Shown: positions 27,801 through 41,610 of the stretch, one piece after another
How positions within the stretch are numbered: position 1 is the first letter of the stretch
Layout: the number at the start of each line of letters is the position of its first letter
NCBI GenBank assembly: GCA_964016885.1
Contig: OZ024742.1
Location: 344,844,001-344,908,000, forward strand
Direction: 5' to 3'
DNA length: 64,000 nt
DNA from: Eledone cirrhosa
Lineage: Eukaryota
The notes under the pieces: generated by a model
The model's input: only the letters and a program-made list of their open reading frames with translations
Databases searched by the model: none
Told to the model about the DNA's origin: nothing
Made by a program: the position numbers and the translations under genes

Positions 27801-30800
27801 ATACTTGTTAATATTGTTAGTAGACTTCCAGGAAGCTAGGGAACCCTGGTATACTTGTTAATACTGTTAGTAGACTTCCAGGAAGTTAGGGAACCCTGGT
27901 ATACTTGTTAATACTGTTAGTAGATTTCCAGGAAGTTAGAGAACTATGGTATACTTGTCAATATTGTTAGTAGACTTTCAGGAAGCTAGGGATCCCTGGT
28001 ATACTTGTTAATACTGTTAGTAGACTTTCAGGAAGGTAGAGAACCATGGTATACTTGTAAATACTGTTAGTAGACTTCCAGGAAGCTAGGGAACCCTGGT
28101 ATACTTGTTAATACTGTTAGTAGACTTCCAGGAAGCTAGGAAACCCTGGTAAACTTGTTAATACTGTTAGTAGATTTCCAGGATGTTAGGGAACCCTGGT
28201 ATAATTGTTAATACTGTTCGTAGACTTCCAGGAAGTTAGGGAACCCTGGTATACTTGTTAATACTGTTAGTAGAATTCCAGGAATCTTGGAAACCCTGGT
28301 ATACATGTTAATACTGTTAGTAGATTTCCAGGAAGCTAGGGAACCCTGGTATACATGTTAATACTGTTAGTAGACTTCCAGGAAGCTAGGGAACCCTGGT
28401 ATACTTGTTAATACTGTTAGTAGATTCCAGGAAGGTAGGGAACCCTGGTATACTTGTTAATACTGTTAGTAGACTTTTAGGAAGGTGGGGAACCATGGTA
28501 TACTTATTAATACTGTTAGTTGTCTTCCAGGAAGTTAGGGAACCCTGGTATACTTGTTACTACTGTTAGTAGACTTCCAGGAAGATGGGGATCCCTGGTA
28601 TACTAGTTAATATTGATAGTAGACTTCCAGGAAGTTAGGGAGCCCTGGTATACTTGTTAATATTGTTAGTAGACTTTCAGGAAGCTAGGGAACCCTGGTA
28701 TACTTGTTAATACTGTTAGTAGACTTTCAGGAAGCTAGCGAACCCTGGTATACTTGTTAATACTGTTAGTAGACTTTCAGGAAGTTAGGGAGCCCTGGTA
28801 TACTTGTTAATACTGTTAGTAGACTTCCAGGAAGTTAGGGAACCATGGTATACTTGTTAATATTGTTAGTAGACTTTCAGGAAGCTAGGGAACCCTGGTA
28901 TACTTGTTAATACTGTTAGTAGACTTTCAGGAAGGTAGGGAACCCTGGTATACTTCTTAATACTGTTAGTAGATTTCCAGGAATTTAGGGAACCCTGGTA
29001 TACATGTTAATACTGTTAGTAGAGTTCCAAGAAGTTAGGGAACCCTGGTATACTTGTTAATTCTGTTAGTAGATTTCCAGGATGTTAGGGAACCCTGGTA
29101 TACTTGTTAATACTGATAGTAGACTTCCAGGAAGTTAGGGAACCCTGGTATACTTGTTAATACTGTTAGTAGAATTCCAGGAATCTTGGGAACCCTGGTA
29201 TACTTGTTAATACTGTTAGTAGATTTCCAGGAAGCTAGGGAACCCTTGTATAATTTTTAGTACTGTTAGTAGACTTCCAGGAAGGTAGGGAACCCGTGTA
29301 TACTTGCTAATACTGTTAGTAGATGTCCAGGAAGTTGGGGAGCCCTGGTATACATGTTATTACTGTTACTAGATTTTCAGGAAGGTAGGGAACCCTGGAA
29401 TACTTGTTAATACTGTTAGTAGACTTTCAGGAAGTTAGGGAGCCCTGGTATACTTGTTAATACTGTTAGTAGACTTCCAGGAAGGTAGGGAACAATGGTA
29501 TACTTATTAATACTGTTAGTAGACTTTCAGGAAGCTAGGGAACCCTGGTATACTTGTTAATAATGTTAGTAGACTTCCAGGAAGCTGGGGAACCCTGGTA
29601 TACTTGTTAATACTTTTAGTAGACTTCCAGGAAAGTAGGGAACCCTGGTATACTTGTTAATACTGTTAGTAGACTTCCAGGAAGTAGGGAACCATGGTAT
29701 ACTTGTTAATACTGTTAGTAGACTTTCAGGAAGTTAGGGAACCCTGGTATACTTGTTAATACTGTTAGTAGACTTCCAGTAAGATGGGGATCCCTGGTAT
29801 ACTTGTTAATATTGATAGTAGACTTCCAGGAAGTTGGGGAGCCCTGGTATACTTGTTAATATTGTTAGTAGACTTCCAGGAAGCTAGGGAACCCTGGTAT
29901 ACATGTTAATACTGTTAGTAGACTTCCAGGAATTTAGGGAACCCTGGTATACTTGTTAATACTGTTAGTAGATTTCCAGGAAGTTAGGGAACTATGGTAT
30001 ACTTGTTACTATTGTTAGTAGACTTTCAGGAAGCTAGGGAACCCTGGTATACTTGTTAATACTGTTAGTAGACTTTCAAGAAGCTAGGGAACCCTGGTAT
30101 ACTTGTTAATACTGTTAGTAGACTTTCAGGAAGTTAGGGAGCCCTGGAATACTTGTTAATACTGTTAGTAGACTTCCAGGAAGTTAGGGAACCCTGGTAT
30201 ACATGTTAATACTGTTAGTAGATCTCCAGGAAGTTGGGGAGCCCTGGTATACTTGTTAATACTGTTACTAGACTTTCAGGAAGGTAGGGAACAATGGTAT
30301 ACTTATTAATACTGTTAGTAGTCTTTCAGGAAGCTAGGGAACCCTGGTATACTAGTTAATAATGTTAGTAGACTTCCAGGAAGCTGGGGAACCCTGGTAT
30401 ACTTGTTAATACTGTTAGTAGACTTCCAGGAAAGTAGGGAACCCTGGTATACTTGTTAATACTGTTAGTAGACTTCCAGGAAGGTAGGGAACCATGGTAT
30501 ACTTGTTAATATTGTTAGTAGACTTTCAGGAAGCTAGGGAACACGGGTAAATTTGTTAATACTGTTAGTAGACTTCCAGGAAGTTAGGGAACCCTGGTAT
30601 ACATGTTAATATTGTTAGTAGAGTTCCAAGAAGTTTGGGAACCCTGGTATACTTTTTAATTCTGTTAGTAGACGTTCAGGAAGGTAGGGAACCATGGTAT
30701 ACTTGTTAATACTGTTAGTAGACTTTCAGGAAGCTAGGGAACCCTGGTATACTTGTTAATACTGTTAGTAGACTTCCACGAAGTTAGGGAACCCTGGTAT

Positions 30801-33800
30801 ACATATTAATACTTTTAGTAGATTTCCAGGAAGTTAGGAAACCATGGTATACTTGTTAATATTGTTAGTAGACTTTCAGGAAGCTAGGGAACCCTGGTAT
30901 ACTTGTTAATACTGTTAGTAGACTTTCAGGAAGCTAGGGAACCCTGGTATACTCCTTAATACTGTGAGTAGATTTCCAGGAAGTTAGGAAACCCTGGTAT
31001 ACATGTTAATACTGTTAGTAGAGTTCCAAGTAGTTAGGGAACCCTGGTATACTTGTTAATTCTGTTAGTAGACATTCAGGAAGGTAGGGAACCATGGTAT
31101 ACTTGTTAATAGTGTTAGTAGACTTCCAGGAAGCTGGGAAACCCTGGTAAACTTGTTAATACTGTTAGTAGATTTCCAGGATGTTAGGGAACCCTGGTAT
31201 ACTTGTTAATACTGATAGTAGACTTCCAGGAAGTTAGGGAACCCTGGTATACATGTTAATACTGTTAGTAGAATTCCAGGAATCTTGGGAACCCTGGTAT
31301 ACTTGTTAATACTGTTAGTAGATTTCCAGGAAGTTAGGGAACCCTGGTATACTTGTTAATACTGTTAGTAGATCTCCAGGAAGTTGGGGAGCCCTGGTAT
31401 ACTTGTTAATACTGTTACTAGACTTTCAGGAAGGTAGGGAACCCTGGTATACTTGTTAATACTGTTAGTAGACTTTCAGGAAGTTAGGGAGCCCTGGTAA
31501 ACTTGTTAATACTGTTAGTAGACTTCCAGTAAGGTAGGGAACAATGGTATACTTATTAATACTGTTAGTAGACTTTCAGGAAGCTAGGGAACCCTGGTAT
31601 ACTTGTTAATAATGTTAGTAGACTTCCAGGAAGCTGGGGAACCCTGGTATACTTGTTAATACTGTTAGTAGACTTCCAGGAAAGTAGGGAACCCTGGTAT
31701 ACTTGTTAATACTGTTAGTAGACTTCCAGGAAGTTAGGGAGCCCTGGTATACTTGTTAATATTGTTAGTAGACTTCCAGGAAGCTAGGGAACCCTGGTAT
31801 ACTTGTTAATACTGTTAGTAGACTTCCAGGAAGTTAGGGAACCCTGGTATACTTGTTAATACTGTTAGTAGATTTCCAGGAAGTTAGAGAACTATGGTAT
31901 ACTTGTCACTATTGTTAGTAGACTTTCAGGAAGCTAGGGATCCCTGGTATACTTGTTAATACTGTTAGTAGACTTTCAGGAAGGTAGAGAACCATGGTAT
32001 ACTTGTAAATACTGTTAGTAGACTTCCAGGAAGCTAGGGAACCCTGGTATACTTGTTAATACTGTTAGTAGACTTCCAGGAAGCTAGGAAACCCTGGTAA
32101 ACTTGTTAATACTGTTAGTAGATTTCCAGGATGTTAGGGAACCCTGGTATAATTGTTAATACTGTTCGTAGACTTCCAGGAAGTTAGGGAACCCTGGTAT
32201 ACTTGTTAATACTGTTAGTAGAATTCCAGGAATCTTGGAAACCCTGGTATACATGTTAATACTGTTAGTAGATTTCCAGGAAGCTAGGGAACCCTGGTAT
32301 ACATGTTAATACTGTTAGTAGACTTCCAGGAAGCTAGGGAACCCTGGTATACTTGTTAATACTGTTAGTAGATTCCAGGAAGGTAGGGAACCCTGGTATA
32401 CTTGTTAATACTGTTAGTAGACTTTTAGGAAGGTGGGGAACCATGGTATACTTATTAATACTGTTAGTTGTCTTCCAGGAAGTTAGGGAACCCTGGTATA
32501 CTTGTTACTACTGTTAGTAGACTTCCAGGAAGATGGGGATCCCTGGTATACTAGTTAATATTGATAGTAGACTTCCAGGAAGTTAGGGAGCCCTGGTATA
32601 CTTGTTAATATTGTTAGTAGACTTTCAGGAAGCTAGGGAACCCTGGTATACTTGTTAATACTGTTAGTAGACTTTCAGGAAGCTAGCGAACCCTGGTATA
32701 CTTGTTAATACTGTTAGTAGACTTTCAGGAAGTTAGGGAGCCCTGGTATACTTGTTAATACTGTTAGTAGACTTCCAGGAAGTTAGGAAACCCTGGTATA
32801 CTTGTTAATACTGTTAGTAGACTTCCAGGAATGTAGGGAAACCTGGTATACTTGTTAATACTGTTAGTAGACTTCCAGGAAGTTAGGGAACCCTGGTATA
32901 CTTGTTAATACTGTTAGTAGAAGTCCAGGAAGTTAGGGAACCCTGGTATACTTGTTAATACAGTTAGTTGACTTCCAGGAAGTTAGGGAACCCTGGTATA
33001 CTTGTTAATAGTGTTAGTAGACTTTCAGGAAGGTAGGGAACCATGGTATACTTGTAAATACTGTTAGTAGACTTTCAGGAAGCTAGGGAACCCTGGTATA
33101 CTTGTTAATACTGTTAGTAGACTTCCAGGAAGCTAGGTAACCCTGGTATACTTGGTAATACTGTTAGTAGATTTCCAGGATGTTAGGGAACCCTGGTATA
33201 ATTGTTAATACTGTTCGTAGACTTCCAGGAAGTTAGGGAACCCTGGTATACTTGTTAATACTGTTAGTAGAATTCCAGGAATCTTGGAAACCCTGGTATA
33301 CATGTTAATACTGTTAGTAGATTTCCAGGAAGCTAGGGAACCCTGGTATACATGTTAATACTGTTAGTAGACTTCCAGGAAGCTAGGGAACCCTGGTATA
33401 CTTGTTAATACTGTTAGTAGATTCCAGGAAGGTAGGGAACCCTGGTATACTTGTTAATACTGTTAGTAGACTTTTAGGAAGGTGGGGAACCATGGTATAC
33501 TTATTAATACTGTTAGTTTTCTTCCAGGAAGTTAGGGAACCCTGGTATACTTGTTACTACTGTTAGTAGACTTCCAGGAAGATGGGGATCCCTGGTATAC
33601 TAGTTAATATTGATAGTAGACTTCCAGGAAGTTAGGGAGCCCTGGTATACTTGTTAATATTGTTAGTAGACTTTCAGGAAGCTAGGGAACCCTGGTATAC
33701 TTGTTAATACTGTTAGTAGACTTTCAGGAAGCTAGCTAACCCTGGTATACTTGTTAATACTGTTAGTAGACTTTCAGGAAGTTAGGGAGCCCTGGTATAC

Positions 33801-36800
33801 TTGTTAATACTGTTAGTAGACTTCCAGGAAGTTAGGGAACCATGGTATACTTGTTAATATTGTTAGTAGACTTTCAGGAAGCTAGGGAACCCTGGTATAC
33901 TTGTTAATACTGTTAGTAGACTTTCAGGAAGGTAGGGAACCCTGGTATACTTCTTAATACTGTTAGTAGATTTCCAGGAATTTAGGGAACCCTGGTATAC
34001 ATGTTAATACTGTTAGTAGAGTTCCAAGAAGTTAGGGAACCCTGGTATACTTGTTAATTCTGTTAGTAGATTTCCAGGATGTTAGGGAACCCTGGTATAC
34101 TTGTTAATACTGATAGTAGACTTCCAGGAAGTTAGGGAACCCTGGTATACTTGTTAATACTGTTAGTAGAATTCCAGGAATCTTGGGAACCCTGGTATAC
34201 TTGTTAATACTGTTAGTAGATTTCCAGGAAGCTAGGGAACCCTTGTATAATTTTTAGTACTGTTAGTAGACTTCCAGGAAGTTAGGGAACCCGTGTATAC
34301 TTGCTAATACTGTTAGTAGATGTCCAGGAAGTTGGGGAGCCCTGGTATACATGTTATTACTGTTACTAGATTTTCAGGAAGGTAGGGAACCCTGGAATAC
34401 TTGTTAATACTGTTAGTAGACTTTCAGGAAGTTAGGGAGCCCTGGTATACTTGTTAATACTGTTAGTAGACTTCCAGGAAGGTAGGGAACAATGGTATAC
34501 TTATTAATACTGTTAGTAGACTTTCAGGAAGCTAGGGAACCCTGGTATACTTGTTAATAATGTTAGTAGACTTCCAGGAAGCTGGGGAACCCTGGTATAC
34601 TTGTTAATACTTTTAGTAGACTTCCAGGAAAGTAGGGAACCCTGGTATACTTGTTAATACTGTTAGTAGACTTCCAGGAAGTAGGGAACCATGGTATACT
34701 TGTTAATACTGTTAGTAGACTTTCAGGAAGTTAGGGAACCCTGGTATACTTGTTAATACTGTTAGTAGACTTCCAGTAAGATGGGAATCCCTGGTATACT
34801 TGTTAATATTGATAGTAGACTTCCAGGAAGTTGGGGAGCCCTGGTATACTTGTTAATATTGTTAGTAGACTTCCAGGAAGCTAGGGAACCCTGGTATACA
34901 TGTTAATACTGTTAGTAGACTTCCAGGAATTTAGGGAACCCTGGTATACTTGTTAATACTGTTAGTAGATTTCCAGGAAGTTAGGGAACTATGGTATACT
35001 TGTTACTATTGTTAGTAGACTTTCAGGAAGCTAGGGAACCCTGGTATACTTGTTAATACTGTTAGTAGACTTTCAAGAAGCTAGGGAACCCTGGTATACT
35101 TGTTAATACTGTTAGTAGACTTTCAGGAAGTTAGGGAGCCCTGGAATACTTGTTAATACTGTTAGTAGACTTCCAGGAAGTTAGGGAACCCTGGTATACA
35201 TGTTAATACTGTTAGTAGATCTCCAGGAAGTTGGGGAGCCCTGGTATACTTGTTAATACTGTTACTAGACTTTCAGGAAGGTAGGGAACAATGGTATACT
35301 TATTAATACTGTTAGTAGTCTTTCAGGAAGCTAGGGAACCCTGGTATACTAGTTAATAATGTTAGTAGACTTCCAGGAAGCTGGGGAACCCTGGTATACT
35401 TGTTAATACTGTTAGTAGACTTCCAGGAAAGTAGGGAACCCTGGTATACTTGTTAATACTGTTAGTAGACTTCCAGGAAGGTAGGGAACCATGGTATACT
35501 TGTTAATATTGTTAGTAGACTTTCAGGAAGCTAGGGAACACGGGTAAATTTGTTAATACTGTTAGTAGACTTCCAGGAAGTTAGGGAACCCTGGTATACA
35601 TGTTAATATTGTTAGTAGAGTTCCAAGAAGTTTGGGAACCCTGGTATACTTTTTAATTCTGTTAGTAGACGTTCAGGAAGGTAGGGAACCATGGTATACT
35701 TGTTAATACTGTTAGTAGACTTTCAGGAAGCTAGGGAACCCTGGTATACTTGTTAATACTGTTAGTAGACTTCCACGAAGTTAGGGAACCCTGGTATACA
35801 TATTAATACTTTTAGTAGATTTCCAGGAAGTTAGGAAACCATGGTATACTTGTTAATATTGTTAGTAGACTTTCAGGAAGCTAGGGAACCCTGGTATACT
35901 TGTTAATACTGTTAGTAGACTTTCAGGAAGCTAGGGAACCCTGGTATACTCCTTAATACTGTGAGTAGATTTCCAGGAAGTTAGGAAACCCTGGTATACA
36001 TGTTAATACTGTTAGTAGAGTTCCAAGTAGTTAGGGAACCCTGGTATACTTGTTAATTCTGTTAGTAGACATTCAGGAAGGTAGGGAACCATGGTATACT
36101 TGTTAATAGTGTTAGTAGACTTCCAGGAAGCTGGGAAACCCTGGTAAACTTGTTAATACTGTTAGTAGATTTCCAGGATGTTAGGGAACCCTGGTATACT
36201 TGTTAATACTGATAGTAGACTTCCAGGAAGTTAGGGAACCCTGGTATACATGTTAATACTGTTAGTAGAATTCCAGGAATCTTGGGAACCCTGGTATACT
36301 TGTTAATACTGTTAGTAGATTTCCAGGAAGTTAGGGAACCCTGGTATACTTGTTAATACTGTTAGTAGATCTCCAGGAAGTTGGGGAGCCCTGGTATACT
36401 TGTTAATACTGTTACTAGACTTTCAGGAAGGTAGGGAACCCTGGTATACTTGTTAATACTGTTAGTAGACTTTCAGGAAGTTAGGGAGCCCTGGTAAACT
36501 TGTTAATACTGTTAGTAGACTTCCAGTAAGGTAGGGAACAATGGTATACTTATTAATACTGTTAGTAGACTTTCAGGAAGCTAGGGAACCCTGGTATACT
36601 TGTTAATAATGTTAGTAGACTTCCAGGAAGCTGGGGAACCCTGGTATACTTGTTAATACTGTTAGTAGACTTCCAGGAAAGTAGGGAACCCTGGTATACT
36701 TGTTAATACTGTTAGTAGACTTCCAGGAAGTTAGGGAGCCCTGGTATACTTGTTAATATTGTTAGTAGACTTCCAGGAAGCTAGGGAACCCTGGTATACT

Positions 36801-39800
36801 TGTTAATACTGTTAGTAGACTTCCAGGAAGTTAGGGAACCCTGGTATACTTGTTAATACTGTTAGTAGATTTCCAGGAAGTTAGAGAACTATGGTATACT
36901 TGTCACTATTGTTAGTAGACTTTCAGGAAGCTAGGGATCCCTGGTATACTTGTTAATACTGTTAGTAGATTCCAGGAAGGTAGGGAACCCTGGTATACTT
37001 GTTAATACTGTTAGTAGACTTTTAGGAAGGTGGGGAACCATGGTATACTTATTAATACTGTTAGTTTTCTTCCAGGAAGTTAGGGAACCCTGGTATACTT
37101 GTTACTACTGTTAGTAGACTTCCAGGAAGATGGGGATCCCTGGTATACTAGTTAATATTGATAGTAGACTTCCAGGAAGTTAGGGAGCCCTGGTATACTT
37201 GTTAATATTGTTAGTAGACTTTCAGGAAGCTAGGGAACCCTGGTATACTTGTTAATACTGTTAGTAGACGTTCAGGAAGCTAGCTAACCCTGGTATACTT
37301 GTTAATACTGTTAGTAGACTTTCAGGAAGTTAGGGAGCCCTGGTATACTTGTTAATACTGTTAGTAGACTTCCAGGAAGTTAGGGAACCATGGTATACTT
37401 GTTAATATTGTTAGTAGACTTTCAGGAAGCTAGGGAACCCTGGTATACTTGTTAATACTGTTAGTAGACTTTCAGGAAGGTAGGGAACCCTGGTATACTT
37501 CTTAATACTGTTAGTAGATTTCCAGGAATTTAGGGAACCCTGGTATACATGTTAATACTGTTAGTAGAGTTCCAAGAAGTTAGGGAACCCTGGTATACTT
37601 GTTAATTCTGTTAGTAGATTTCCAGGATGTTAGGGAACCCTGGTATACTTGTTAATACTGATAGTAGACTTCCAGGAAGTTAGGGAACCCTGGTATACTT
37701 GTTAATACTGTTAGTAGAATTCCAGGAATCTTGGGAACCCTGGTATACTTGTTAATACTGTTAGTAGATTTCCAGGAAGCTAGGGAACCCTTGTATAATT
37801 TTTAGTACTGTTAGTAGACTTCCAGGAAGTTAGGGAACCCGTGTATACTTGCTAATACTGTTAGTAGATGTCCAGGAAGTTGGGGAGCCCTGGTATACAT
37901 GTTATTACTGTTACTAGATTTTCAGGAAGGTAGGGAACCCTGGAATACTTGTTAATACTGTTAGTAGACTTTCAGGAAGTTAGGGAGCCCTGGTATACTT
38001 GTTAATACTGTTAGTAGACTTCCAGGAAGGTAGGGAACAATGGTATACTTATTAATACTGTTAGTAGACTTTCAGGAAGCTAGGGAACCCTGGTATACTT
38101 GTTAATAATGTTAGTAGACTTCCAGGAAGCTGGGGAACCCTGGTATACTTGTTAATACTTTTAGTAGACTTCCAGGAAAGTAGGGAACCCTGGTATACTT
38201 GTTAATACTGTTAGTAGACTTCCAGGAAGTAGGGAACCATGGTATACTTGTTAATACTGTTAGTAGACTTTCAGGAAGTTAGGGAACCCTGGTATACTTG
38301 TTAATACTGTTAGTAGACTTCCAGTAAGATGGGGATCCCTGGTATACTTGTTAATATTGATAGTAGACTTCCAGGAAGTTGGGGAGCCCTGGTATACTTG
38401 TTAATATTGTTAGTAGACTTCCAGGAAGCTAGGGAACCCTGGTATACATGTTAATACTGTTAGTAGACTTCCAGGAATTTAGGGAACCCTGGTATACTTG
38501 TTAATACTGTTAGTAGATTTCCAGGAAGTTAGGGAACTATGGTATACTTGTTACTATTGTTAGTAGACTTTCAGGAAGCTAGGGAACCCTGGTATACTTG
38601 TTAATACTGTTAGTAGACTTTCAAGAAGCTAGGGAACCCTGGTATACTTGTTAATACTGTTAGTAGACTTTCAGGAAGTTAGGGAGCCCTGGAATACTTG
38701 TTAATACTGTTAGTAGACTTCCAGGAAGTTAGGGAACCCTGGTATACATGTTAATACTGTTAGTAGATCTCCAGGAAGTTGGGGAGCCCTGGTATACTTG
38801 TTAATACTGTTACTAGACTTTCAGGAAGGTAGGGAACAATGGTATACTTATTAATACTGTTAGTAGTCTTTCAGGAAGCTAGGGAACCCTGGTATACTAG
38901 TTAATAATGTTAGTAGACTTCCAGGAAGCTGGGGAACCCTGGTATACTTGTTAATACTGTTAGTAGACTTCCAGGAAAGTAGGGAACCCTGGTATACTTG
39001 TTAATACTGTTAGTAGACTTCCAGGAAGGTAGGGAACCATGGTATACTTGTTAATATTGTTAGTAGACTTTCAGGAAGCTAGGGAACACGGGTAAATTTG
39101 TTAATACTGTTAGTAGACTTCCAGGAAGTTAGGGAACCCTGGTATACATGTTAATATTGTTAGTAGAGTTCCAAGAAGTTTGGGAACCCTGGTATACTTT
39201 TTAATTCTGTTAGTAGACGTTCAGGAAGGTAGGGAACCATGGTATACTTGTTAATACTGTTAGTAGACTTTCAGGAAGCTAGGGAACCCTGGTATACTTG
39301 TTAATACTGTTAGTAGACTTCCACGAAGTTAGGGAACCCTGGTATACATATTAATACTTTTAGTAGATTTCCAGGAAGTTAGGAAACCATGGTATACTTG
39401 TTAATATTGTTAGTAGACTTTCAGGAAGCTAGGGAACCCTGGTATACTTGTTAATACTGTTAGTAGACTTTCAGGAAGCTAGGGAACCCTGGTATACTCC
39501 TTAATACTGTGAGTAGATTTCCAGGAAGTTAGGAAACCCTGGTATACATGTTAATACTGTTAGTAGAGTTCCAAGTAGTTAGGGAACCCTGGTATACTTG
39601 TTAATTCTGTTAGTAGACATTCAGGAAGGTAGGGAACCATGGTATACTTGTTAATAGTGTTAGTAGACTTCCAGGAAGCTGGGAAACCCTGGTAAACTTG
39701 TTAATACTGTTAGTAGATTTCCAGGATGTTAGGGAACCCTGGTATACTTGTTAATACTGATAGTAGACTTCCAGGAAGTTAGGGAACCCTGGTATACATG

Positions 39801-41610
39801 TTAATACTGTTAGTAGAATTCCAGGAATCTTGGGAACCCTGGTATACTTGTTAATACTGTTAGTAGATTTCCAGGAAGTTAGGGAACCCTGGTATACTTG
39901 TTAATACTGTTAGTAGATCTCCAGGAAGTTGGGGAGCCCTGGTATACTTGTTAATACTGTTACTAGACTTTCAGGAAGGTAGGGAACCCTGGTATACTTG
40001 TTAATACTGTTAGTAGACTTTCAGGAAGTTAGGGAGCCCTGGTAAACTTGTTAATACTGTTAGTAGACTTCCAGTAAGGTAGGGAACAATGGTATACTTA
40101 TTAATACTGTTAGTAGACTTTCAGGAAGCTAGGGAACCCTGGTATACTTGTTAATAATGTTAGTAGACTTCCAGGAAGCTGGGGAACCCTGGTATACTTG
40201 TTAATACTGTTAGTAGACTTCCAGGAAAGTAGGGAACCCTGGTATACTTGTTAATACTGTTAGTAGACTTCCAGGAAGTTAGGGAGCCCTGGTATACTTG
40301 TTAATATTGTTAGTAGACTTCCAGGAAGCTAGGGAACCCTGGTATACTTGTTAATACTGTTAGTAGACTTCCAGGAAGTTAGGGAACCCTGGTATACTTG
40401 TTAATACTGTTAGTAGATTTCCAGGAAGTTAGAGAACTATGGTATACTTGTCACTATTGTTAGTAGACTTTCAGGAAGCTAGGGATCCCTGGTATACTTG
40501 TTAATACTGTTAGTAGACTTTCAGGAAGGTAGAGAACCATGGTATACTTGTAAATACTGTTAGTAGACTTCCAGGAAGCTAGGGAACCCTGGTATACTTG
40601 TTAATACTGTTAGTAGACTTCCAGGAAGCTAGGAAACCCTGGTAAACTTGTTAATACTGTTAGTAGATTTCCAGGAATCTTGGAAACCCTGGTATACATG
40701 TTAATACTGTTAGTAGATTTCCAGGAAGCTAGGGAACCCTGGTATACATGTTAATACTGTTAGTAGACTTCCAGGAAGCTAGGGAACCCTGGTATACTTG
40801 TTAATACTGTTAGTAGATTCCAGGAAGGTAGGGAACCCTGGTATACTTGTTAATACTGTTAGTAGACTTTTAGGAAGGTGGGGAACCATGGTATACTTAT
40901 TAATACTGTTAGTTGTCTTCCAGGAAGTTAGGGAACCCTGGTATACTTGTTACTACTGTTAGTAGACTTCCAGGAAGATGGGGATCCCTGGTATACTAGT
41001 TAATATTGATAGTAGACTTCCAGGAAGTTAGGGAGCCCTGGTATACTTGTTAATATTGTTAGTAGACTTTCAGGAAGCTAGGGAACCCTGGTATACTTGT
41101 TAATACTGTTAGTAGACTTTCAGGAAGCTAGCGAACCCTGGTATACTTGTTAATACTGTTAGTAGACTTTCAGGAAGTTAGGGAGCCCTGGTATACTTGT
41201 TAATACTGTTAGTAGACTTCCAGGAAGTTAGGAAACCCTGGTATACTTGTTAATACTGTTAGTAGACTTCCAGGAATGTAGGGAAACCTGGTATACTTGT
41301 TAATACTGTTAGTAGACTTCCAGGAAGTTAGGGAACCCTGGTATACTTGTTAATACTGTTAGTAGAAGTCCAGGAAGTTAGGGAACCCTGGTAAACTTGT
41401 TAATACAGTTAGTTGACTTCCAGGAAGTTAGGGAACCCTGGTATACTTGTTAATAGTGTTAGTAGACTTTCAGGAAGGTAGGGAACCATGGTATACTTGT
41501 AAATACTGTTAGTAGACTTTCAGGAAGCTAGGGAACCCTGGTATACTTGTTAATACTGTTAGTAGACTTCCAGGAAGCTAGGTAACCCTGGTATACTTGG
41601 TAATACTGTT
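24880..41610. repeat. HOR family A, second block: tandem units of 79, 100 and 71 monomers plus a last unit that runs into the downstream block
   Basis: Marker TACTCCTTAATACTGTGAG is at 27002, 30950, 35947 and 39495 (spacings 3948, 4997, 3548). An independent marker, the GAATTT of ATTTCCAGGAATTTAGG, is at 25033, 28981, 33978 and 37526 with the same spacings. Confidence 0.93.
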
